A DNA stretch of 64,000 nucleotides from an uncultured Planctomycetota bacterium. Its GTDB lineage: Bacteria > Planctomycetota > Planctomycetia > Isosphaerales > Isosphaeraceae. A program made the position numbers and the translations under genes. The notes below the pieces were generated by a model. It saw nothing but the letters and a program-made list of their open reading frames with translations, did not search any database and was not told the DNA's origin. Position 1 is the first letter of the stretch, and the number at the start of each line of letters is the position of its first letter. The DNA is taken from NCBI GenBank assembly GCA_963823665.1, contig CAWGMQ010000006.1:1280001-1344000 (forward strand). The letters are read 5' to 3'. Of the stretch, positions 20,511-32,688 are shown one piece after another.

Positions 20511-23500
20511 ATGAGCGAGCAGACCGATTTCAATCTTGCCGGTCTCGATCTGGAGATGGCCCGTCGGATCGAGGGCGTGTGCCGCCGGTTCGAGGCCGAC
20601 CGGCGCGAGGGAAAGCGGTTGGCGGTCGAGGAGTATCTCGGCGACGTCACGGAGGAGGCCCGAGCCGCGCTGCGGTGGGAGCTGGAGGCGCTCGAGCACG
20701 AGCTGCGTCGGCCGGACGAGACGGGCGCGCTGGTGGAGGCGAGCTTGGCGGCCGTTCCGCATCCTTCGACCGTTGCCGAGGCACCGACCCTGGCCCCGGG
20801 CGCGGCCCCGGCGATGCCCGTCACGGATGGAGTGGCATTTTCGGCTCATGAGGAAGTGACGGTACCGCCCCGAGACGCGGGCACGGTCGATTTCGGACCG
20901 CGTGTGCCGGCGACGCCTGGCGCGGCAGGGCCTTTGCACGTCCGCTACTTCGGCGACTACGAGATCGACCGCGAGCTGGCGCGCGGCGGCATGGGGGTCG
21001 TCTTCGAGGCACGGCAGTTGAGTCTGAACCGCAAGGTCGCGCTCAAGATGATCCTCGCCGGCCAGCTCGCCGACGATATCGACGTGAAGCGCTTTTATAC
21101 CGAGGCCGAAGCCGCGGCCAACCTCGACCATCCGGGCATCGTGCCGATCTTCGAGGTTGGACAGCATGAGGGCCAGCATTACTTCTCGATGGGCTTCGTC
21201 CAAGGGCAGAGCCTCTCGCAGCGGCTGGCGCAGGGACCACTGCCCGCTCGAGAGTCGGCCGAATTGATTCGCCGGGTCAGCGAGGCCATCGAGTATGCCC
21301 ACGGACGCGGCGTGATTCATCGGGACTTGAAGCCAGCCAATATCCTGATCGACGCGAAGGGAAATCCGCGGGTCACGGATTTCGGGCTGGCGAAGAAAGT
21401 TCAAGGGGACAGTGGGCTGACCGGGTCGGGCCAAATCATGGGCACGCCGAGCTACATGCCTCCGGAGCAGGCCGGGGGGAAACGCGGCGAGGTCGGGCCC
21501 GGGGCCGACGTGTATTCGCTGGGGGCGACGCTTTATGCCTTGCTCTGCGGCCGCCCGCCCTTTCAGGCGGCCATGGCGATGGACACGGTGATCCAGGTCT
21601 TGACCGACGAGCCGGTGCCGCCGCGGCGGCTCAATCCATCGATCGCACGCGATCTGGAGACGATCTGCCTGAAATGTCTGCAGAAGGAGCCGGCGAAGCG
21701 GTATCACTCTGCGGCGGCCCTGGCTCTAGAGCTTGCCCGGTTCCTGGCCGGTGAGCCGATCCTGGCGCGGCCGATCGGCGCACCGGCGCGGTTCTGGCGC
21801 TGGTGCCGGCGGCGGCCGGTCGTAGCTGGACTGGGCGTTGCTGTGGCGGCACTCGTGCTCTTCGTGGCCATCGCCGGCCCGCTCGTCGCAATCAGCCAAT
21901 CCCAACTCCGGACCGTGGCCGATGGCGCGCGACAGGCCGAACTAACCCGCCGGATCGAGGCGGAGAAGGCCGGGTACGAGGCAACAACCAAGGCCCTGGA
22001 GGCAGACGAAGCCCTGGTGCAATCGTACCTCAGTCAAGCGAATAGTCTTCGTCATGTGGGGCGGTTCGGCCGCCAAGGCCGCGCGCTCGAGCTACTGAAG
22101 CGGGCCGGCGGCCTGAAGAACGATACGGGCAACCTTGTCGTCAAGCTCGAAGCCGACCCGGCCGGTTTGCGTGCGGCGACGGCGAAATTCTGCGCGAGCA
22201 ACTGCCGCGACTGCGCAGCGAGGCCGGACTCTGGTTCGACGAGACTTCCATGAATGTGGTTTCCGCCACACGTTTCCCGGTCCTGGCGCGTGCTCAGAAC
22301 GGCTCGCCCAATCCCGTCATGATTTCCCGGTCGGCGCTCGCACTCAGCCACGATGACAAATGGCTGGCCTATTTACGAATCGGACCCGAAGGAGTGGACG
22401 GGCACGCCGAGCGATTCCTGGAAATCATCGAAACCAACACGGGGAGCACTCGCAGCTTGAAGGTGGGCTCTGACAACGGGATCCGATCGATCAAAGCCGT
22501 GGCTTTCGATCAGGGCGACGAGACCGTGTTGCTGGCAAGGACAGAAATGGACTACCCAGTCAGCCTGGTGTGCCGGATCGAGAAGTGGTCGCGCGTGTCC
22601 GGCAGCCTCGAGGGAACGGTCACTTTGCCGTTACCGCCGTCGCGCATTTTCGCTAACTTGCCGCCTAGCGGCCGGTTGGTCTTCAGCGCCGACAGGCAAT
22701 CGCTCTTGCACATGACCTTTGAGCCCGATACGCCGTCCTCCGTATGGGGTCTCGCCACGGGAAAGCTCGTGCGCGAATTCGAGCCCGCGTTCACCGCGGA
22801 AACATTCTTTCCGGACGGTCGCCGGATCATCGGGATGACCGGATCGAAGGTCCTTGTCCGCGACGTCAAAACAGGCGGTACGACCAATCGCTGGATGCTG
22901 CCTGATGGTCGCACCTCAATACTGGCGAACTTGAGGTTCAATCCAGGGTCCGAGCTTCGCAGCTCGTTCCAGGCGGACGCACAGAGCCTATGGGTGAGCC
23001 CGGATGGTCGATGGCTGGCGGGTTTGGGCCAGACCTTGAAAGAGAAGAATTCGCTAAAGAATCCGCTGGCCAACGTCGAGATGCCGACGACCGTCTATCT
23101 TTTTGATGCGGTCGCCGGGCAACTTCGCGCGGATTAACATCCCTGACGTCCCGAGTGGGACACCGCCTGTAGGCCCTGCTCCACAGTTGGCGTTTGACTG
23201 TGAAAGCCGTTCTCTTGCAGTGGCCACGGTCAAAAGCCTTTCGGTCTTTTCGGTTCCGCAGGGCGACTTGCTCGTCTCTGCACCATTGCCGGAGCTGAGA
23301 TTGGGGCCTGGCGCCCAATCCAGTGCGACGGAGGGAAGGCCGATCTTCGCGGTGCCCACCGGCCTGGTTTTCGCTCGCGGGGCGGCGCAGTTATTCGAGG
23401 CCATCCACCCGTCGAATATGGATGGGTCCGCCATCGACGGCTCGAGCCAGTCGGCGAAGCTTGTCGAGCAGGTCGTCCTGGCATGGGACATGACCGTTGC

Positions 23501-26099
23501 CAAGACCAAGCTAGAGGCGTATCGCCATGACGGGCCCATCCGCGCCGTCAAGATCGACCCGCGCGGACGGTTCGTCGCGAGCGCCGGCGACGAACGAATG
23601 ATCCGCGTGTGGAACCGGAGCGGGAGCCTCCGGTGGTCGGTTGGTCAACCGGGCGCGGGAAGCCTGTATTCGCGAACTGAGACGATGAGCGACAAACGAA
23701 CGCCGTGGCAAAGTGGAATCTTCGATCCGACGGGTGCGGTGGTTCTGACGCGGTTTGATGAGCGCGTCGATGTCTGGGACGCGGCCACGGGAGAGCGCAA
23801 GGGGACTTTTCCATCGGCGCTTGCCAGAAGCCCGGATCAGCGGTATCTGGTCGTTCCCGCGGGTGACGAACCCGCGGCGGCGAGCGCGATTCGCGTGATC
23901 GACCTGGCGCGCAACGCGACTGTTCTCTCGATTCCCATCGCGGACGGCAATTCGCCGGCGAGATCCGACGAGGCCGGGTTGCGTCAGCCGAACGACAAGC
24001 CGCCCCAAGTGTCGTTCAGCCCCGATTCCCGGTTCTTGATCGTGGGCGAGCGGGCGCCCAGTCAGCAGGCAGCAAGATCGCCGGCCCTTTTGATCGCGGA
24101 CCTAGCCCAGTCGCGCCTGGTCGCCCGCCTTGAAAATGGCGGTCAGTGGGCGTTCGGTCCCGCGAGCAAGGTCGTTGCCGTGCTCGATCCGATGGCCGAA
24201 AACGCGGTGCTGCGAGCCTATGAGCTAGCAACTGGACGTCTTCTGAACGAATTCAAGAGCCCGATACCCGGTTTCGCGCCGTCTCTGCCAGACGACGCGT
24301 ATCGTTCCACGTGGATTGCGCCTGACGATCGAAAAATGGCCGTGCGGCTGGAACGCGGGACGTCGGGGCAACGGGAAATGAAGTTATGCGTATGGGAGTT
24401 CGAAAACGGTCGCACGATACCCATTGACGGGGACTGGGCACCCTGGGCCTTGCGAGGCGAGCGGTGGACGTACTTTGATCAGGACGGCACTCGTCTACTC
24501 ATTTCGGGTGTCCGAAGGAATTCCATTCTAAACGTCGTCGAACTCTGGGATCTCGCCGGGCCCACGCGGCTCATGGCGACCGATCTTGAGACTCCCAAGC
24601 TTTCCAGTGCGTCGCCAAGGCTGGTGTTTCATCCGAGCCAGAGGGCATTCGTGACCATGCACGAAGTGACCTTACTCGGCCCACAAGAAAACCCGAAGCG
24701 TATCGGGGCAATTCTGTGGGATACGGCGACGGGGAAGCGTGTCGAGCAGTATCAGGGCGTTTTCCTCGAACAGACTGAAGACGGCGATTACATCCGGCTC
24801 TTCAATTCGGCTTCGACTCAGATGTCGTTCGTTTCGCTCGCGACCCACAAGGTTGGCACGGTTCCAGGGCTGCGATTTCACGCGCAGTTTGGCACACGAG
24901 GGCGTCGGACGGCCGCGTGGAGCCGGGCTGTGGCCCCGAGTCGAGCCGGTGGACGATGGCAGCTCGATCTCGTGTTGACCGATCTGGATAACGGCGGAAC
25001 TCGTGCAGTGCTTCCGGATCAAGCGGTGCTGGCTGGCGGATTCACGGCGGATGGCAAGCTGCTGGTGACGCAACCGTCGGAGAGCCCCGAATCGCTGAAT
25101 GTATGGGAGGTCGAGACGGGTAAGCTCGTGCGGGCCGTTTCCTTGCATCCCGCGTCGCGCAGGTCTGTTCAGAACGGGCTCACCGACGTTCATTTCAGCC
25201 CCGACGGGAAGCGACTGGCGTTCAACCTCAACGATCGATTCCGGGTGCTGGACGTCGAGAGCGGCCGCCTGCTCGCGATCGACGGGCGGCCCGGGCACCG
25301 GGCGGCGATCCGGGCGATCGATGTCAGCGGGGACGGAGCCCTCATCGCGTCTGCTGCGGACGATCTGGCGGTGTGCCTCTGGGAGGCTGCAGCAGGTCGC
25401 TTTGTAGCGATGCTCGAGGAAGAGGAAAGTCCCGTCGCGACCCTCGCGTTCAGCCCGGATGGCCGCAGCCTGGCGGCACGTGGTATGACCGGACGGGTGC
25501 GGGTGTGGAAACTCGATCGAACGCGGGCCGGAGATCGGGTCGCGGTCGTCGCGACGCCGGCTTGGGATACGAATTCGCTCGGACCGGCGGCTTTAGCCCC
25601 GGCAACGGCGGGCCCGGTATTCGTCTCCGGAAGCGGGCTGATCGCATTCGGCGCCGGGGATGGGACGATCTCGCTGAGGGACTCGTCGAGCGGCCGGGTC
25701 GAGCGAATTCTCAAGCCAGAATCGGGCCAGGCCGCCGTGACGGCCCTGAGCGTGCGTGCGCAAGGTGACCGACTCGCCTCGGCCGACACGGCGGGGATTG
25801 CCCGCATCTGGGACCTGGCGGCCGAGGCACCGCCCTCCCGGCTGGTCACCAATCAGCGCGAGATCCGCACGATCGCATACGCAGGGAGCGTTCTCGCAAT
25901 CGCCGGCAGCTCGCTGGAGCTTTGGGACGCGGGCACCGGAGATGAGCTCGTAACGCTGGCGGCAGACGCGCGCGCCATCAATTGCCTGGAGCTTGCAGCG
26001 GACGGGCGAATTCTGGTCACGGGTGACGATCGCGAGCTTTTGGTCCGCGACATGGGCGAGATCCGCCGGCTCATGACCGAGATCGAGCTGGGGTGGTAG
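20511..26099 (+). CDS. Ser/Thr protein kinase - TM - WD40 protein, split by two 1-bp frameshifts (~22190, ~23130)
   Basis: Kinase motifs ARGGMGVV, VALK, HRDLKPAN, DFG, GTPSYMPPEQ in 20496..22253; WD40 repeats continue in 22250..23137 and 23103..26099. Confidence 0.85.
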
Positions 26100-26440
26100 G
26101 CGTGCGGGGCTCGGGGGTGGCTCGTGGAGCGACATGGAGCGCCGATTCGCTTCGAGCCCGCAATCGGGGGCTGGCACCGGCGTCCTTGGCCGGAGCTAGC
26201 CCCCATTTGCTCCCGCTCTTGGGTTGAGCTGACGGCGCACGGCTGCCTCATCGGAGCGGGGCGTGAAGTTGCTTTCTTGAGATCAGTAACGTTCCGCTTG
26301 GCAGTTTTCAAAGCGCAATGAACCAAGTACTACCACCGTCATGTCACCGACGCTGGAATGTAAGATCTTCAGCAAGCATTGCCACGCCTGACGATCGCAA
26401 GTCGATTGGGAACTGTGCATATGCAAGGGCGCCGAGGGGT

Positions 26441-26758
26441 ATGGCAAAATATAAGGTCGAAATCAACGGTGCGAACTTTCTGATCGACATGGACGGTCGC
26501 ACCGCGAAGCACGGATTCTTCACCACACGCTTTGTTCAGGCGGCGGATCCGGCCGGCGCGGAAAACGCCGCAGTCCAAATCATCCGGGAGACCCAGAGGA
26601 TTCGTGATCTCGTCAAAAATGCTCCTGATGATCCTCCTATCATGGACGTGACGTGCGTCGTCGAGCTCGCGTCCTTCGATGGGATCGAGAACCTGGAGCC
26701 GGGCTTAGCGTGGTACGAGGAGAGCCCGAGACGCTGGTGGCAGTTCTGGAGACGCTGA
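26441..26758 (+). CDS. Small hypothetical protein with an RRWWQFW C-terminus
   Basis: ATG at 26441 after gagggg; MAKYKVEINGANFL...GFFTTRFV. Confidence 0.65.
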   Translation: MAKYKVEINGANFLIDMDGRTAKHGFFTTRFVQAADPAGAENAAVQIIRETQRIRDLVKNAPDDPPIMDVTCVVELASFDGIENLEPGLAWYEESPRRWWQFWRR

Positions 26759-26764
26759 GGGGTC

Positions 26765-28069
26765 TTACCGCTCAGATCCCGCCCCGAATCCTAGCGTTCT
26801 CAGAGCCGACTTTACGCGCGCGTTACCCTCCAGATACCCGATCCAACCGTCAACGACGATGCCGTCGCCGTTGATCAAGTAATTGAGGGGTATGGTCCCG
26901 ACGCGGTAATCCCGGGAGTAGACCTCGTTCGCCCCCGGCGAGTCGTCGAGGATGTTCGGGAAAGTGATGCCCTGCTTGCGGAGGTATTCCCGGGTGACTG
27001 CCCTGTCGTCCAAGACGTCGACTGCCAAGACCACCAGGCCCTGGTCCTTGTACTTCGCGTAGAGTGATTGAAGGTACGGCATCTCCTGGCGGCAGGGTGG
27101 GCAGCCGACACGCCAGAAGCAGAGCCACACGGTCTTGCCGCGGAAGTCCGACAGCTTGATCCGCCCTCCGTCGACCGAGGTCAAGTCGAAGTCGGGGGCC
27201 TTCGAGCCTGGCTTGAGGAGGCGGTTTTCTTCGTCCGGCAACTTCCACTGCGTCCAGCCCGTGGGGGGCGTCCAGGCGAACGTTGCGTCCGGGATCTCCT
27301 GGTCGACGGTCACCGACGACCATTGCTCGCGCGTGACGACCTCGGAGGCCACGCGGACGACTTCTTTCAGCTTCCGCGGGAGATGATCGCACTTCGACAA
27401 CCAGAGGTACCAGCTTCGCTGATGGTCCATCAGGCTGACCTCGATCTTTTCGCAGTCCTCGCCCCCGATCATTTCCGCACCGGCCTTTCGCACGGCGTCG
27501 ACGTATCGTTCGGTCGAGTCGACATGTCCGTGGAACGTGCTGGCATCCACGATCGGGAGGCCCATCTCGGCCCCCAGGAACGGCGCCTCGTGCGCGATTG
27601 AGTGCTGGCCGCGGGGAGCAGGCTTGGTCATGTACGACGTGAACCGCGTCTTTCGGCCTGCTTCCGACTCAACGACATACTGCCACTGCGGACGTCCCTT
27701 CGGCCAGTGAATCCAGAGACTGGTCCCGTCGCCGATGAGGACCCCTTCCAGTTCGCCGGAGCTCGATCGCGTCTCCATGCGGAAGAAGTTGGGTTTCTTC
27801 AGCCACACCCGGTACGTGTGGGCGGTCAGAAAGTGCCCTTCGGCCTCGCACTCGTAGCGACTGGTATAGGACAGGGATCTGGCTTGATGCATCGCCTCGA
27901 TCATTCGGTTGTACGCCGCGTGTGCGGCGGGTTCATCGGCGAAGGCTGGCGCGTCAAGACCCGCGGCGTTGACGGGCGCGGGGAGGAAGAGCCAGGCGGC
28001 TCCGGCCAGGCGGATAATCGCGGAGGCGATGCTGCTACGAGTGGTCGCCGGAATGTAAGATGGATTCAT
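26765..28069 (-). CDS. LolA-like outer-envelope domain fused to a TlpA/ResA-type redoxin
   Basis: Signal peptide; LKKPNFFRME...IGDG; C-terminal APDFDL...FWRVGCPPCRQEMP (CxxC). Confidence 0.85.
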   Translation of the reverse strand: MNPSYIPATTRSSIASAIIRLAGAAWLFLPAPVNAAGLDAPAFADEPAAHAAYNRMIEAMHQARSLSYTSRYECEAEGHFLTAHTYRVWLKKPNFFRMETRSSSGELEGVLIGDGTSLWIHWPKGRPQWQYVVESEAGRKTRFTSYMTKPAPRGQHSIAHEAPFLGAEMGLPIVDASTFHGHVDSTERYVDAVRKAGAEMIGGEDCEKIEVSLMDHQRSWYLWLSKCDHLPRKLKEVVRVASEVVTREQWSSVTVDQEIPDATFAWTPPTGWTQWKLPDEENRLLKPGSKAPDFDLTSVDGGRIKLSDFRGKTVWLCFWRVGCPPCRQEMPYLQSLYAKYKDQGLVVLAVDVLDDRAVTREYLRKQGITFPNILDDSPGANEVYSRDYRVGTIPLNYLINGDGIVVDGWIGYLEGNARVKSALRTLGFGAGSER

Positions 28070-28352
28070 GGCCGATCCCGACTCCCTATTCGTTTCCCGG
28101 CAGCAAACGGGCTCGAGCCTGTGCCAGGTGGAGGCAACCTGGCTCAGGAGCCGTCATGCGACCGGTGTGACGATCGTCGCGTTCCACGGTTCATCCGACA
28201 ATTGTAATGAGTGTCCGCTGGGCGGTCCATCCAGAAATGCGTTGATCGGGTCGCACCGACTCTGATCCTTAATTTGTAAGGAACTGATTCAGCAAGAGTA
28301 AGCCCTGAAAGATTCTGTCAGGACACACGTACAACTTGATAGGAGGACCACC

Positions 28353-29144
28353 GATGCGCCAACCGTAACGACCAGCTTTGAGATCTCTGACGTCAAACCG
28401 GCGACGGAACCGCTATCCGAGGCTCCCTACAAGCGGGCGCTTGAGGCACTGCTCACGACAGGCATTCTCCCGAACGAACGGCAGTTCCTCGAAGAGTTGA
28501 GAGGCATGCGCCGGCCGATACCCATTCCCGAACCGCCTCCGTCAATTCCGGTGGAAGCCTGCTCGAGATACCACGGGCGGCTTCTTGCCGATGTCTCTTT
28601 TCACCCGGTTGTCGCTGCCGTTCATCTTGCCTTCATGGATCACCGCCCTCTATGCCTCTCGCCCGACATCGTCTGGCTGATGATCATTCAGGGCGTCGCC
28701 AATCACATCAACGCCAACGCCGACGAACTCCGACCGAAGCTTGTCAGTCACCTGGGCAAGCCCACAATCGAAGTGCGACGGGATGATTTCGTCAAGGGTT
28801 CGCCTGAGAATCCGTGGCCGGAGGTCTTCAGCGAGTTCTCGACGCAGATCCGGGATCATGTCGGGGCGAGCATCGAGCAATTCGTCCCTGCTTTTTCTAC
28901 CACGGGTCCGGTGGAAAGAGCCGCAGCCGAGGTTGTGCTGCTCGACGGCATGCGATCGTACTTCGAGTATGTTGTCCGATTGCCAGCTGGCTTGTCCACG
29001 GCGCCGTTCCGCTGGGACTACCTCGATCGATCCTTCAACATGGAGTTCCTGGGCGGGTTCGTGGGTGTTGCTCAGGACCAGGAAACACTTACACTGCGAC
29101 CCGAAATTGGATGGGCTGTGAGAGAAGCACCGGCGGTTGGATGA
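28353..29144 (+). pseudogene. DUF4419-like protein with an internal deletion and no clear start codon
   Basis: AVHLAFMDHRPLCLSPDIVWLMIIQG, FSTTG, DGMRSYFEY joined directly to PAGLSTAPFRW...GGFVGV...LRPEIGWAV. The CGIP-containing middle is absent. Confidence 0.65.
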
Positions 29145-29312
29145 TTCGTCTCGGCGATAGTCACGGCCGATGGGAAATCGCTTTCGCCCTCCAATCCGAA
29201 CGTCCGCACAGCGCTTCCGGTCCACAAATCTGAAGGGTAGGCGATGCTGTGCGGGTGGGAAGGCGAAGGCAAGGGAGAGATTTAACCACAGTATGCTATA
29301 TTCAGCATATGC

Positions 29313-29879
29313 ATGTTTGCTCTCTCGTTCTGCGCATCTCGATCGGCGAAAAACAACGACGTCCTGGCACACCCTGACGAGGAGCCTGGGGCCAGCACCG
29401 ATCCCAAGATTTATTGCCAATGGATAAAACTTGAAATCGAATCGGATAAGAGCACTTATAAGGTTGGTGAACCGATTGAAGTAAAATATAAAATTAGAAA
29501 CGCTACAAAGAACCTGACGTTACAGGTGCGCGTCGAGTATGCCCCTCACCGCGTGGTGACATTCAAGGTGAGACTGCCCTACAGCATGACCGACCTGCCA
29601 GAGATGCCGCCGCTTGCGGGGCTTCCGAAGATTCTCGGTCCGCGCAACACTCGTTATGTCGGCCCAGAGGACGCATACACAGGAAGTTATGTCGTAAGCT
29701 CTGCAAGCGGTTCAAACTCCTTGAGGGTCGTTCCGTCGCGCCAATTCGATATGAGCGAACCACGGACATATATGGTTTCCGCTGAAGTTGATCTTGTTCA
29801 TTTCATTGACGATGGCGCCGCTGGGGCCGGCACCGTTCGGAAGACATCGAATACCATTGAAATCAAAGTTGTCGAATGA
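29313..29879 (+). CDS. Hypothetical Ig-like protein (AT-richer than flanks)
   Basis: LEIESDKSTYKVGEPIEVKYKIRN...TSNTIEIKV beta-sandwich pattern. Confidence 0.65.
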   Translation: MFALSFCASRSAKNNDVLAHPDEEPGASTDPKIYCQWIKLEIESDKSTYKVGEPIEVKYKIRNATKNLTLQVRVEYAPHRVVTFKVRLPYSMTDLPEMPPLAGLPKILGPRNTRYVGPEDAYTGSYVVSSASGSNSLRVVPSRQFDMSEPRTYMVSAEVDLVHFIDDGAAGAGTVRKTSNTIEIKVVE

Positions 29880-29995
29880 CCAAACGGATCTTATTCGTTT
29901 CGCAAACTTGCTATTTTGACGACTCAAACGGTGCGACCGTGGCTAGCCGTGCCATGTTGGAGTCGTCTGCTCGCGCGGGCTTCGCTGTCACCATG
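29876..29995 (+). pseudogene. N-terminal stub of a GT4-like glycosyltransferase
   Basis: MTKRILFVSQTCYFDDSNGATVASRAMLE; overlaps the upstream stop (atga) and breaks off just before repeat copy d. Confidence 0.45.
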
Positions 29996-30032
29996 GGGCT
30001 GGAGGCTTGTCGCCCCTGGCGCTCGAAAAGAG

Positions 30033-30252
30033 TTGAACATAAGGTAACGAAGACAACGAAGAAGAACATAAGGGTCTGAATGGGCGATCTGGCGGCGCTC
30101 CACGGAACCGACCACGGCCCGGACGCATGACGTGATGTGCAGTCCGGACGAAGCTGCGTTCCGCCGCGTGAACCTGTTCAGTCAGCAACGGGCCGAGAAT
30201 GAACTGCCTGAATGTTTGGTCCTCGCTCCGCGAGGGAGCGTGCCTTCGCGGA
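30033..30252 (+). repeat. Dispersed composite repeat, copy d (3' part)
   Basis: aacataaggtaacgaagacaacgaag...ggcccggacgca...ggccgagaat...cctcgctccgcgagggagcgtgccttcgcgga; diverged homologue of 13680-13907. Confidence 0.75.
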
Positions 30253-31904
30253 GAGGCTGTCATCTTTTGGCCGCGTTGCGGTAACTCGGCCGTTGGGCCT
30301 AGTCGGCTGTGATTCACCGCTTGGTCGCTCGGTTAGTGCCGCCGATTCACGCCAGTTCTCCAATAGCCCAGCCGTTGACGCAAACGCGCTTTCCTATTTT
30401 GTCCCTTTTTTGCAAAGTACCGCTCATTCCGCCAGTTTGCCCATCGCTGGGCGCAGTCTCCCTGCGACAACCAGGTTGTGAGCAATTGCAAACAACAATG
30501 CGACGGCGCGGCAACGCGGTTGGCCACGCACGGGCATAAACCAGAATCCTCGATTGCGAGCCTGGGCGTTGACCCACTCGGCTGTTTGGCCTCGCAGCCG
30601 GTAGATCAGCTTCGCGGCCTCGGTCCCCATTCGGATCCGCCAAGCGGCAACCGCTTCGCTGTCGCCCTTCTTTGCGGTGTAGGGATCTTCTCCATTTGCC
30701 TGTTTCTTTTTCTCGTCTCTGATCGGCCCGTATACGATGCAGCCGCGTTGGGCCGCCTGATCGATCGAGTCCTTGGTCGTGAAGCCACCGTCAACCAATG
30801 CCTCATCCGGAATTCGTTCGTAACGCTCCTCCAACTGGTCGAGCATGGGCGGAAGTTCTTCGCCATCGTTCCCTGCGTTGGTCACCTCCACACCCACAAT
30901 CACACCGCTTTCGGTGTCTGTTGTGAATTGAACGTTATATCCCGGCCGGAATCCTCCGTCTGGAAACTTCATGATCCTCGCGTCGGGGTCGGTGGTCGAA
31001 GCACGCGCTTCCCGCCCCTTGCGGCCGTAGGACTCGTCACGTTCGCGTTGCAGCTCCTCGCACTGCCGCATCGCTTCTTCGATCCGTTGCTGTCGCTTGT
31101 TGGCGGCACGCTCCCGCGCCGCTCGCTGCCGTCGAGTCAGCTCTGCTGTGTCCTCCTCGGCCAGTTTCTTCAGCGCCTCAACCTGCTCCTTCGCCGCTTT
31201 CAGGCACTCCTCCAGGCTACCGCGACGACGAAACGAGCTCTTGCCCGCGCTGGCACGCACTCTCATTCCGTCCTGAGCGACCCGGTCCATTTTCACCAAC
31301 CCGGCATGGAGCAGGGTGCCCACGATCTGCGTGAGCAGTTCGTTCAACTTCTCGCCCCCACAAGCGAGGAAGTGGGACAACATGCTGTGGTTGACGGTTA
31401 CGCCGCCGCACAGCCACTGGTACGGCAGACTCCCTTGGTTCTTTTCGCACAGCCGTTCGATTTCACGGGCGCTGCCGACTCCCTTCAATGTGGCGAAAAC
31501 CCGCAATCCGACCAGCAAGCGCGGGTCGGTGGCATCTCGGCCGACATGTCGCTCGACGGCCTTGATCTCGCCGAGCCAGGCTTTCAGATCGAGCTTGCAG
31601 ACCGCCGCCCAGACGACCCGGGCCGGATGGTCGGCCTCGAGCAATTCATCGAGCGATGCCCAGCGCATCTCGATCTGGTCGCGTACGGGACACCGCAGCC
31701 GCGGCTTGCCAGTTGGCATCGACTGGGCAGCCTGGGCGGGAGAGGGCTGATCGGGCAAGTCTTCTGGGCTAAAGAGAGGAAGTGTCATGACGCTCGTCCT
31801 GCAACACCGGGGCTGCGTGGGGCTCATGCGGCGGACTACATGCATGGTATTAGAACGTGAACACTATACAAAATCAACCCCAACGCCGAAAAAATCACAG
31901 CCTC
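30253..31904 (-). mobile_element. IS1182-family insertion sequence, copy 2
   Basis: Same IRs and identical internal ORF translations as copy 1 (offset 16345). Confidence 0.9.
30424..31788 (-). CDS. IS1182-family DDE transposase
   Basis: Translation identical to 14079..15443. Confidence 0.9.
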   Translation of the reverse strand: MTLPLFSPEDLPDQPSPAQAAQSMPTGKPRLRCPVRDQIEMRWASLDELLEADHPARVVWAAVCKLDLKAWLGEIKAVERHVGRDATDPRLLVGLRVFATLKGVGSAREIERLCEKNQGSLPYQWLCGGVTVNHSMLSHFLACGGEKLNELLTQIVGTLLHAGLVKMDRVAQDGMRVRASAGKSSFRRRGSLEECLKAAKEQVEALKKLAEEDTAELTRRQRAARERAANKRQQRIEEAMRQCEELQRERDESYGRKGREARASTTDPDARIMKFPDGGFRPGYNVQFTTDTESGVIVGVEVTNAGNDGEELPPMLDQLEERYERIPDEALVDGGFTTKDSIDQAAQRGCIVYGPIRDEKKKQANGEDPYTAKKGDSEAVAAWRIRMGTEAAKLIYRLRGQTAEWVNAQARNRGFWFMPVRGQPRCRAVALLFAIAHNLVVAGRLRPAMGKLAE

Positions 31905-32070
31905 GGGGCGAAGGCCGACAATTGTTTTCGGCCGGCGCCGATTCCTCCCGACCGGTGCTGTCGCTGATCCATCCCTTGCTATTCGGGCTAACATCTCCGA
32001 CGATGAAGAAACCAGCAACGGTCGTGCATGCGGACGTCGCCGAACACCGACTCATCAGGGAGCAGCAAGC

Positions 32071-32688
32071 ATGACGGGACGCCGCCGAGCCGTGAGGATG
32101 ATCTCGTTCGTGATGCTGATCGGCGTCCTGCGGCCGGCTCTGCCCGCATCGGCGACGCAGAAGCGTGCGCCGGAGCGGGAACTCAGGGTCGCCGGTATCA
32201 TGTTCGACTTCGACCGGAAGAACAACTGGATGACCGTCAAGGCCGACGGCGAGGATGAGCCCGTCAAGTATCTCATCGATCCCGAGAACCGGAAGCTGGC
32301 CGAGCGGCTGCAAACCGTCTTCAATGCCAGTCGGGTGAAATTGACCTACAAGGCAGAGGGCGACTCGCGGCGATTGGTCAGCATTCAGAGGCAAATCCTC
32401 AAGGAATCGGGGACAGTGACCGGCGTTGTCGTGAATGTTCACAATGACTTCTGGATAGAGGTGAAGCCCAAAAAGGGCGTCGCCGATGCGTTCGCTCCCG
32501 GTGCCAACTACAACGACGAGGCTTTCATGGCGAAACTCAAGGCGCTGCAACCGGGCGACTCGGTGACAATTCGATTCACGACCGACTTCGAGCGGCATCG
32601 CATCCTGGCACTCAGGAAGAATCTCGCCCAGGCCAAACCCAGTCCCAAGGCGAAGCAGCAAAGTGGTCCCGTCAAGGAGAAAGACTGA
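32071..32688 (+). CDS. Hypothetical secreted protein with two OB-fold-like repeats
   Basis: Signal peptide; two similar halves (W.TVKADG / W.EVKPKKG). Confidence 0.65.
   Translation: MTGRRRAVRMISFVMLIGVLRPALPASATQKRAPERELRVAGIMFDFDRKNNWMTVKADGEDEPVKYLIDPENRKLAERLQTVFNASRVKLTYKAEGDSRRLVSIQRQILKESGTVTGVVVNVHNDFWIEVKPKKGVADAFAPGANYNDEAFMAKLKALQPGDSVTIRFTTDFERHRILALRKNLAQAKPSPKAKQQSGPVKEKD

Noticed and set aside
13908..31904. Composite transposon bounded by the two IS1182 copies
   Set aside because: Each copy sits in its own REP with both half-sites present, which fits independent insertions better.
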